DNA from: a virus
Lineage: Duplodnaviria; Caudoviricetes
DNA: 64,000 nucleotides
Virus record (IMG/VR): IMGVR_UViG_3300031993_000027
Location: 32,001 to 96,000 of that record
Strand: one strand, 5' to 3'
The position numbers and the translations under genes are program-made. Position 1 is the stretch's first letter. Each line of letters starts with the position of its first letter. Positions 57,186-64,000 of this stretch are shown piece after piece. The notes below the pieces were generated by a model, which saw only the letters and a program-made list of their open reading frames with translations, ran no database searches and had not been told where the DNA came from.

Positions 57186-57470
57186 TCAACTCTTACCTTC
57201 CCAAAATTCTGATGTTAGTGCGTCCTCTTTAGCCAAGGCATACAGACTATCTATGTCATATCCTTGGTCGTCTGTCCAATAATCCTTAAAGATTGCAAAC
57301 TCGTCGTTCTCAATAGGATAGATGGAGTAGAATACATCGGGGTTCTGTCTGTCTCCAACGAACCACCACCTGCGTCTTGCATCGTCTGTACCGATTACTT
57401 TTGCCACAGACCAGTCGAAGTCACTTTCGGAATACCCTTCGTATCTATTCTCAAACAACGGAAGTTTCAT
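57186..57470 (-). CDS. Small protein with leader MKLPLFE
   Basis: RBS. Confidence 0.65.
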   Translation of the reverse strand: MKLPLFENRYEGYSESDFDWSVAKVIGTDDARRRWWFVGDRQNPDVFYSIYPIENDEFAIFKDYWTDDQGYDIDSLYALAKEDALTSEFWEGKS

Positions 57471-57482
57471 GTTTATTCTCCT

Positions 57483-57809
57483 TTACCATGTAATTGTGGC
57501 AATCAGTCTGTCTCTAAGAAACGCCTGTCTGCCCTTATATTTTGTCATAGAACGAGGATTGAACTCGCCCTTAGTTGCATATTCATAGTCACCTGTTTCA
57601 AAGGAAATGTCAAATCCGTTATCAACGAACCATTTACCGAGCATACCGTCGCTCATAAGTTCCTCTTCAGTAGTGCCTTTAGGAAAAGGAATGATTATCT
57701 TATGATTTTCGTCATCAAACGTTGCCCCTTTAAACGGTTTAACGTGATTATATGCTTGCCAAAGAATATCACCTGATATTTCTTTTTCGTCCACTCTAAT
57801 CATACTCAT
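57483..57809 (-). CDS. Small protein with leader (MS)MIRVDE
   Basis: RBS. Confidence 0.65.
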   Translation of the reverse strand: MSMIRVDEKEISGDILWQAYNHVKPFKGATFDDENHKIIIPFPKGTTEEELMSDGMLGKWFVDNGFDISFETGDYEYATKGEFNPRSMTKYKGRQAFLRDRLIATITW

Positions 57810-57821
57810 TCTCCTCCTAAC

Positions 57822-58154
57822 TTATTTATACAGTATGCTTGCAATTTCTTCTACGTCACGTAGTTCACCTTTTGCAATACTTAGAACGCACTCTATAAGT
57901 TCGTCTTCAGTACAGGTATAGTCGCATATAATAGCACCTATTATCGTTGCTGTTCTTTTGTTTCCGTCTTGGAAGCCGTGTCCAATAGTAAGAGACCTTA
58001 CAAGAGCACTTGCTCTTAATCTGTCATCATCATACCACTGTTGAGTACCCAAAGCCGACAGTAGGTTATCCTCGTTTATAACAACTGAACGTTCGTGAGC
58101 AAGATTACACACGCACTCGTTAACACCGATTAAGTAGTCAAGGTCAATTATCAT
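57822..58154 (-). CDS. doc: Fic/Doc family toxin
   Basis: HGFQDGNKRTA motif. Confidence 0.8.
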   Translation of the reverse strand: MIIDLDYLIGVNECVCNLAHERSVVINEDNLLSALGTQQWYDDDRLRASALVRSLTIGHGFQDGNKRTATIIGAIICDYTCTEDELIECVLSIAKGELRDVEEIASILYK

Positions 58155-58315
58155 CCAAGAACCCTCATAGCCTTTGCATACTTCTTCACATAGAACATAG
58201 CATCACGATAGCCTCTTTTCTGCGAAGCGGTCAACTCTCTTCCATCAAAAGATTCCTTCTTAACAGGAGTGTTATGATTCTTATTGTTATATTTATTTTC
58301 GATTACTCTAATCAT
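58151..58315 (-). CDS. 54-aa putative antitoxin with leader MIRVIE
   Basis: Hand-translated (below the ORF track cutoff); AAGGAGG RBS; ATGA overlap with doc; C-terminal helix KKYAKAMRVLG. Confidence 0.6.
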   Translation of the reverse strand: MIRVIENKYNNKNHNTPVKKESFDGRELTASQKRGYRDAMFYVKKYAKAMRVLG

Positions 58316-58327
58316 AGCCTTGCCTCC

Positions 58328-58750
58328 TTATCTATCTAAATAACACTTGTAGTGTTCAGAACCGTCAGGGTTCATTACTACTTTAGTTATACCATTGTTC
58401 TTAGTTAAATTGAACTTATCTATTAACCAATCTAACACTTCCTGTGTACAAATATTAGGATTAGCATAAATAGTTGCTTTTCCTCTATTTATTTCAATTC
58501 TTCCTCTAGGGAAATAATCAAAAGGTTTGTTGTGTGTCTCTTTAGGAGTTAGTTCTTTCCAAACTAATCTATGGTTATAGTTGTCTCCGTTCTTAGAGTT
58601 CAGGTGCATCACTTCAGGATTTATTACTATTCCATCCGAAGTAACAGGTATTTGAAAGTACAACTGATTAGCATACACGTTGTCTAAATCAGTTATCCAA
58701 AAGATACCCTTATATAAATCCCTGTCTTCTGTTAAGAGCCTTATAGCCAT
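58328..58750 (-). CDS. Conserved phage protein (FDYFPRGRIE..DGSEHY) with leader MAIRLLTE
   Basis: Motif. Confidence 0.65.
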   Translation of the reverse strand: MAIRLLTEDRDLYKGIFWITDLDNVYANQLYFQIPVTSDGIVINPEVMHLNSKNGDNYNHRLVWKELTPKETHNKPFDYFPRGRIEINRGKATIYANPNICTQEVLDWLIDKFNLTKNNGITKVVMNPDGSEHYKCYLDR

Positions 58751-58780
58751 ATTTTATCTCCTTTATGATAATCTACCCTA

Positions 58781-58809
58781 AGATTATCACTTCTACTACC
58801 CTATGTCAA
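58781..58809 (-). promoter_or_regulatory. Class A promoter TTGACA-17-TAATCT with two TAGGGTAG boxes and a palindrome over the -10
   Basis: TGATAATCT-N6-AGATTATCA. Confidence 0.7.
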
Positions 58810-58812
58810 GTC

Positions 58813-59100
58813 TTACCAATATCCTTTGTCTTTCATCATTTTAGAATACTGTTCGTAGTGTTCATCCGTCATATATTCAGTAGGAGAATGGAACTCTTTA
58901 AGAACGTTTCTCATATAGTCTAAGCCTTTAAAAGAACTGTGTTCTCCGTTTTCCCAATCCACCTCTATTGGTCTGTATTCACGATTAGTGTCATCGTCAA
59001 ATTCAATCTCGCCCTTGTAAATATCAACGACATAAGGCTTGTATTCTTTAGGAATATACTTCATAAGATAAGGGTCACGATTTTCCAATATGTTTATCAT
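58813..59100 (-). CDS. Small protein with leader MINILE
   Basis: Coupled ORF. Confidence 0.65.
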   Translation of the reverse strand: MINILENRDPYLMKYIPKEYKPYVVDIYKGEIEFDDDTNREYRPIEVDWENGEHSSFKGLDYMRNVLKEFHSPTEYMTDEHYEQYSKMMKDKGYW

Positions 59101-59579
59101 ACTCTCTTCCTGCCTCCGTACAGCGTCTTAACCACTTCTCTAGTGCTCATAAACACCTGATTCAGTTTCGTTGAATCTCCGTGTACATAATCGTTCAACG
59201 CTTCAGTGATTGCCGATACGTTCATTATATCAGCATATTCCTGCACGTCGTCCTCGTTATTCTCCTTGACCAACTGTTTCGTATGAATCAAGGTCTGTGT
59301 CAGCAACGAACTCAAAGCGATTGCTTGGTCTTCGTCGCTTGCGTTCTCGTTTACCAAGTTCTTATACAACGGAGACTTGCCCATACGTTTGTAAATCTCG
59401 TTGTAGGTAAAGAGTTGCGGTAAACCGATGTGCCTGTTGATAAAGATAAGAACCTCGTAAGGAACGGTCTCTGACACCGCTAGTTCGTGGATGTACGGTG
59501 TCACGTTTATCTTGCCGTTGGATTCGTTCTTAATCCTATTCAGGTACGCATATGCTCTTGTCTTATCTAATGTTTTCAT
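59097..59579 (-). CDS. Hypothetical protein
   Basis: RBS. Confidence 0.65.
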   Translation of the reverse strand: MKTLDKTRAYAYLNRIKNESNGKINVTPYIHELAVSETVPYEVLIFINRHIGLPQLFTYNEIYKRMGKSPLYKNLVNENASDEDQAIALSSLLTQTLIHTKQLVKENNEDDVQEYADIMNVSAITEALNDYVHGDSTKLNQVFMSTREVVKTLYGGRKRV

Positions 59580-59595
59580 CTTATCCCTCTTGGCA

Positions 59596-59892
59596 TCAGT
59601 GCCTTAAATAATAATCAATAACCTCATTAGTTTCTTTTCTATTGAACTCACCTTCACGTTTGTATGAAAGCCAATCCTTTTCAGAAAAAGTCAAGTGAAT
59701 AACCCCTGTGAAGTTATCCGTTTTACTCCACGCCCTTAGAGCCTTTTTATAAATACTATCTCCTGTTGTTCCTTCGTCATATCCTTCACATATCACACGT
59801 AGAGTATCAAGACGGTTAAGACGTTTGATAAACTCTTCCATTTTTAAATTAGTTGTGTATGACATTCCGTCAGGAAATGTGTATCTATACAT
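59596..59892 (-). CDS. Hypothetical protein
   Basis: RBS; internal VICE site. Confidence 0.6.
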   Translation of the reverse strand: MYRYTFPDGMSYTTNLKMEEFIKRLNRLDTLRVICEGYDEGTTGDSIYKKALRAWSKTDNFTGVIHLTFSEKDWLSYKREGEFNRKETNEVIDYYLRH

Positions 59893-59903
59893 TGCTCGTC
59901 TCC

Positions 59904-60194
59904 TTAATATCTAGGCGTATCGTCTGTTTCAATCCAAAAGTGGTGTCCTCTGTCCATCGAGTATTGCTTCCAATCGAACTTGTCTACTCGGACATAGGAA
60001 GAGATATGTCTTCCTCCTGCACCTGTCCAATATCCGTTCTTAACCATCTTACAGCGTTCGCCTGTATCTTCGATTGTCCCACTGATTACAGGGACGTAAT
60101 CAACGTAGTCTACACCGTAACCTTCGTTGCCTTGCCAATCTTTTCCGTCAGTGCCACCGAGTTCGTTTATATTGTCTTCCAACGCCCTAATCAT
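59904..60194 (-). CDS. Small protein with leader MIRALE
   Basis: RBS. Confidence 0.65.
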   Translation of the reverse strand: MIRALEDNINELGGTDGKDWQGNEGYGVDYVDYVPVISGTIEDTGERCKMVKNGYWTGAGGRHISSYVRVDKFDWKQYSMDRGHHFWIETDDTPRY

Positions 60195-60205
60195 AGTGAT
60201 TCTCC

Positions 60206-60535
60206 TTAGTATTTGTCTATCTTTGCCAACGCTCTATCATCAGGGAACACCGCAAAAAAGAAATCCCAAAATTCTTTTGCTAATTCCCTATCATCAATAT
60301 CTCCATATTCATACTCTTTAGCGAGTGTTTCCCCTGTACTTCCCTTAATCGGATTAGTAGGGTCAGATATTGCTTTCCAAAACTCCCTACACACTTTATA
60401 GAAAAGATTGTAAGGGTCAGAATTGATAGCATAGTTCCAATCCTTGATTTCATTCATAAAAGCCTTCATAGTGACAGCGTTTTGAACGGCTTTTATTCCA
60501 TCAGAGTCATATAACATTTCTACTACTCTAATCAT
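60206..60535 (-). CDS. Small protein with leader MIRVVE
   Basis: RBS. Confidence 0.65.
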   Translation of the reverse strand: MIRVVEMLYDSDGIKAVQNAVTMKAFMNEIKDWNYAINSDPYNLFYKVCREFWKAISDPTNPIKGSTGETLAKEYEYGDIDDRELAKEFWDFFFAVFPDDRALAKIDKY

Positions 60536-60915
60536 AGCAGGTCTCCTTTATCTACTTGTTCGTCATAAACATATACTTCATCAAGCCAATCATAGCGACT
60601 GTGACCATCACGAACGTCTCCTGCAAGAACAATTTTTACTGACAAACTTTCTTCGCCAACACTTCCGTATCCGTAATCTTTTCTGCCCTTTTTGTGATAA
60701 GGTTTCAAGTCGATAGACTTCATAAACTGTTTTGCTTCTGTCTTTGTCCTGAATCCTTCAGGTGTAGTGTAAATGTTTCTGCGGAAAGTTTGACCTGTTA
60801 CTCCTTCTGCATATTGATAAAAATACCTTGTCTCAATAACATATCTGTTTTCAGGGATGTTTAAGTTCTCCCATCTACAAGTTCTAGGCTTTTCGCTCTC
60901 TAAAATTCTAATCAT
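60532..60915 (-). CDS. Small protein with leader MIRILE (start corrected)
   Basis: GGAGG RBS before ATG 60915. Confidence 0.65.
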   Translation of the reverse strand: MIRILESEKPRTCRWENLNIPENRYVIETRYFYQYAEGVTGQTFRRNIYTTPEGFRTKTEAKQFMKSIDLKPYHKKGRKDYGYGSVGEESLSVKIVLAGDVRDGHSRYDWLDEVYVYDEQVDKGDLL

Positions 60916-60917
60916 AT

Positions 60918-61364
60918 TCAAACCTCCCAACCTATTTTTTCTGTCGTCTTCTTCAGGTTATTAAAAAACCTATTCAACGTAGAGAGACATTCCTTCTCTC
61001 CAAATGTAAGGTTAAACTTAGGACTTTTTACCCAATGATACGTCTGATTACCATAAACACCCATCTTCTTAACGTAATGCCTATAACAAAGTATTGTAGG
61101 CACATCACTATCTTTTAGCGATTTATAAACGCTAACCTCGACCTGAAATGTGTCGTTCGCTCTGTTTGCTTCTTCGAGACTAGAATAGTTTCCGTAGAAG
61201 AATTTGAACATATTAACATCGTCCTCTCCGTCATCATCATCAAAGTCGTATACTTTGCCGTGTTCATAGAAGCAAGAACCATTAGGGAAGATACTAAGAT
61301 ACAGGTCTTTTACTTGCTCGAAGAAGTCTTCGTATCTGCCGTTGTTTTCTATAAGTCTAATCAT
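60918..61364 (-). CDS. Protein with leader MIRLIE
   Basis: RBS. Confidence 0.65.
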   Translation of the reverse strand: MIRLIENNGRYEDFFEQVKDLYLSIFPNGSCFYEHGKVYDFDDDDGEDDVNMFKFFYGNYSSLEEANRANDTFQVEVSVYKSLKDSDVPTILCYRHYVKKMGVYGNQTYHWVKSPKFNLTFGEKECLSTLNRFFNNLKKTTEKIGWEV

Positions 61365-61379
61365 AATTAGTCTCCTTTA

Positions 61380-61760
61380 TCACAAAGTACCTAAAACTCG
61401 CCAAGGTGCTTCTTCATTAAACAGGTCTTCTCTTATCCACTTTGAAGCCTCTGTTGTTGTAGTAGCACCGTAGTTAAGAATAATTAGTTTACCGTCTTCT
61501 ATCTTATAACCCATCCAACCATATGAGCCACGATAACGAGAACCTTTTGGAATGTGTCTCCCAACAATTCCGTACTCAACGCCATTCTTACTTCCTAACT
61601 TTTTCATAAGTCCGAAAGCATTTTCTCCTGAATAACCACGTAAAGGGTTATCATTATGCCCTTCAGGATACTGAACCCTTCCGTTAACAATATTGAGTTT
61701 ACCGTAACCTGTTCCATTCTCCCTTCCCATTACATCTATATATTCTGCTACTCTAATCAT
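61380..61760 (-). CDS. Protein with leader MIRVAE (start corrected)
   Basis: AAGGAG RBS before ATG 61760. Confidence 0.65.
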   Translation of the reverse strand: MIRVAEYIDVMGRENGTGYGKLNIVNGRVQYPEGHNDNPLRGYSGENAFGLMKKLGSKNGVEYGIVGRHIPKGSRYRGSYGWMGYKIEDGKLIILNYGATTTTEASKWIREDLFNEEAPWRVLGTL

Positions 61761-61764
61761 TTTA

Positions 61765-62259
61765 TTATTCTCCTTTGTTATTGTGAAAGTTAACAAGGTT
61801 GTACTTTCTACAAAATTTTTCGAGTTCTCCAATGCTAGATATTTTGTTTAATATATCCTCATACTCCTTGTAAAATTCTAAACATCCAAGAAACTCTTTA
61901 AAGGATATGCTTCCTTCAAAATAATCCCTGCAATCTTCTTCGTTGACCATGCCATCCCAAGCCAAGCAGAAGATAACCAAATATTTGCGGAAGAAATTCT
62001 TCATTTCTCTTATTTCTTTATTGCTAATTTTTCTTGGCTCGTTTCCTTTAACATAGTCCCAGTTGCTATGAAGTTCAAGATTCCCTGCATCTTCGATATG
62101 AATCTTTTCAGGGTCAAACAGTACCTTAACTCTAATATCGTGGCTAGAGTTCTTTCCTGAAAAATAAAATGAAAAAGGCAATTTGTCCGTGACTTTAACT
62201 TTTGCTCCACGGACGTTAGCCATTTCGAACAAAAAATCTTCGTTTGAAACTTCAATCAC
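61765..62259 (-). CDS. DUF4160-like protein with leader MIEVSNEDFLFE
   Basis: MANVRG...LP...SH.IRVKV. Confidence 0.5.
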   Translation of the reverse strand: MIEVSNEDFLFEMANVRGAKVKVTDKLPFSFYFSGKNSSHDIRVKVLFDPEKIHIEDAGNLELHSNWDYVKGNEPRKISNKEIREMKNFFRKYLVIFCLAWDGMVNEEDCRDYFEGSISFKEFLGCLEFYKEYEDILNKISSIGELEKFCRKYNLVNFHNNKGE

Positions 62260-62273
62260 AGACTTTACCTCCT

Positions 62274-62651
62274 TTAACTAAAACATTCAATCCACATCTT
62301 ATATGTGGAATCGTTTGCATATCCTGATATCAGTGCTTCGAGGTCTGACACGAAGTTAAGGTATCCTTCGTCCTCGTCATACTCGAAGTTGCCGTTGTTG
62401 TCCTTCATCGTCTGAACGATTTTGTCATTGTACTGCTTCGCCCATCCTGAAAAGTCACAGCAAGCGCAATATCCCGACACAGAGACAATCTCTACGTTCC
62501 TTGCCAACATATCAAGGAACTTGTAGTAGTTGTCCTCCAAAGGGTCATGTATATCATAACACAGAGCGACCATCATATCGAGTTCTGTATCGCCTACATC
62601 TTGGTCAAAGTATCCATCGTCTACTTCGATTGCATAATCCCTAATCTTCAT
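62274..62651 (-). CDS. Acidic hypothetical protein
   Basis: RBS; follows a class A promoter. Confidence 0.65.
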   Translation of the reverse strand: MKIRDYAIEVDDGYFDQDVGDTELDMMVALCYDIHDPLEDNYYKFLDMLARNVEIVSVSGYCACCDFSGWAKQYNDKIVQTMKDNNGNFEYDEDEGYLNFVSDLEALISGYANDSTYKMWIECFS

Positions 62652-62696
62652 TGTCGTATTCTCCTCTCAAAATAAAATAACCTATTCGGTAATCTA

Positions 62697-62726
62697 AGAT
62701 TACCATAATAGGCTACCCTATGTCAA
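62697..62726 (-). promoter_or_regulatory. Class A promoter TTGACA-18-TAATCT with TAGGGTAG box and palindrome
   Basis: GGTAATCT-T-AGATTACC over the -10. Confidence 0.65.
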
Positions 62727-62734
62727 GAACTATT

Positions 62735-63115
62735 TTATTTTGGATATACGACAGGTATATCGTGGTGGATTAAGTTGTCTACTCTCTCCTGTTCTGTGGA
62801 ATAGTTAGCAGGGTTGATATAGGAATTATCCCAAGCCTCTTTGAGTTGTTCTGCGTAGGCTTTGTCGATATCATCGGCACTACTGGTAGGTGTCGCATAA
62901 TAATCGTTCAGGATTGCCACGATTTCTGCTTTTCTAGTAGAAGTGGCACTTGACCATTCTCCCATAAATCCGATGATTTCATCGAGCATATCATAGGAAT
63001 AGTCTTTTTCCATAACGTCTTCCGAAGAGAAGTTAGCGGATGCTTCTGCTGATACTGTGGTTATCAGGAAGTCAGAAATGTTGTCCAATCCATTTGAAGT
63101 AACATAGAGTTTCAT
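62735..63115 (-). CDS. Hypothetical protein
   Basis: RBS. Confidence 0.65.
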   Translation of the reverse strand: MKLYVTSNGLDNISDFLITTVSAEASANFSSEDVMEKDYSYDMLDEIIGFMGEWSSATSTRKAEIVAILNDYYATPTSSADDIDKAYAEQLKEAWDNSYINPANYSTEQERVDNLIHHDIPVVYPK

Positions 63116-63132
63116 TTTTTATTCTCCTTCCA

Positions 63133-63564
63133 TTATGGTTTCAAAATACAATTATCCAACCACGCATCAATCTTAGTTGGATTCCACAATTCAAAATACC
63201 ATTCACGATTATACTTTTTAAGAACTTCATTCATCTTATCTTTTAATGTAGGAGTATCATACATCATTCGATAGTATTCTTCTTTACTCATAGGAGTTTC
63301 ACCAAGTTCTCTACTGATAGACTTATATTCTCCATAATCTATAAAATCGTTTTCATCAAAATATGCTTCGGCTTCCATAGATACTTTTATATTTTCATCT
63401 TCTTTTCCAATATCTACTCTTAACATATAATCATCAGAAGGAAGTTGACCATATAATTCTTCATAGTCATAACCAAAATGCTTATTGAATGTATCAGTAA
63501 GTTCTTTCTCTAATTGTGATTTACTAATCACTATTCCTTTAGATTCATTTAATACTGTAATCAT
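63133..63564 (-). CDS. Acidic protein with leader MITVLNE
   Basis: Coupled ORF. Confidence 0.65.
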   Translation of the reverse strand: MITVLNESKGIVISKSQLEKELTDTFNKHFGYDYEELYGQLPSDDYMLRVDIGKEDENIKVSMEAEAYFDENDFIDYGEYKSISRELGETPMSKEEYYRMMYDTPTLKDKMNEVLKKYNREWYFELWNPTKIDAWLDNCILKP

Positions 63565-63884
63565 TGTTTGTCCTCCTTATTAGGTTCTGTCGGAAGAGCC
63601 AAGAACTTAACTCTAAGGTCATCTATTACTCCGTTAGCACCTAGACAGTGATATTGCTTATACATATTCTCGAAGTCGTCTCTGACCCAAATAGGGGCAT
63701 ATCCGAGGTCGGAATATTTTTCCCATAACTGAACTAATGAGTTCCTAAGTGATGCTTGTGTTCCCTTTGCTATTGCTTCAATCTTTTTTAGAACGGCTAC
63801 AAATCCTGCCCACATAGCACCACCAAGAATAGCAGGAATACCAAGGATACCTAAGACTGTCATTACATTGCTAAATGTTTCCAT
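63561..63884 (-). CDS. Holin-like membrane protein
   Basis: N-terminal TM helix followed by LR..L.....Y...G...Y..YH.LG.NG. Confidence 0.6.
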   Translation of the reverse strand: METFSNVMTVLGILGIPAILGGAMWAGFVAVLKKIEAIAKGTQASLRNSLVQLWEKYSDLGYAPIWVRDDFENMYKQYHCLGANGVIDDLRVKFLALPTEPNKEDKQ

Positions 63885-64000
63885 TTCCGATTCACCTATT
63901 TCCGTTTCGCATATTTCCTTTTAAATCAAGGTTCTCTTCAAAATTATAATATCAAAGAGAACCCTGTTGCGCCATACTGCAATAGCAAATATTTAGTTGT

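Noticed and set aside
1-64000. Plus-strand ORFs and nested alternate-frame ORFs in the ORF track (e.g. 17892-18509, 29693-30367, 49877-50452)
   Set aside because: Antisense or frame shadows of well-supported minus-strand genes, with no RBS or recognisable motifs
1-64000. Stop-codon reassignment (TAG is rare; one in-frame TAG near 30640)
   Set aside because: All large structural genes are full length in the standard code, and no suppressor tRNA is seen
1-64000. CRISPR array, tRNA or rRNA genes
   Set aside because: No regularly spaced repeats or cloverleaf sequences found by eye; tRNAscan would be needed to exclude them fully

Overview
The window is a segment of a large lytic-type myovirus with T4-like head and tail architecture. 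The host is probably a Bacillota/Firmicutes, inferred from strong AGGAG RBSs, sigmaA-like promoters, cell-wall hydrolases and an IS607-type TnpB. Essentially all real genes lie on the minus strand. 1-23.6 kb is the morphogenesis module: baseplate, spike/lysin, tape measure, tail chaperone, tube, sheath, neck, an Arg-rich core protein, major capsid protein and a protease-scaffold fusion. 24-42.5 kb is a mosaic of small accessory genes, including a G7-frameshifted amino-methyltransferase and Lar-like, ASCH, GNAT and ATPase genes. 42.6-63.9 kb is an array of very acidic small and multidomain proteins. About 20 of them start with a shared 6-9 aa leader ending in Glu (MIRVVE, MIRLIE, MKLNLFE etc.), and the leader also recurs inside fused polyproteins. 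My best candidate for an undescribed system is that this leader is a capsid-targeting/prohead-protease-cleaved signal that loads a large effector library into the head. Other notable signals are a pseudoknot-flanked +1/-2 frameshift in the tail chaperone, two distinct recurrent promoter classes, a Doc toxin paired with a leader-bearing antitoxin, an orphan TnpB and candidate sRNAs. All functional calls come from motifs and synteny; no database searches were run.
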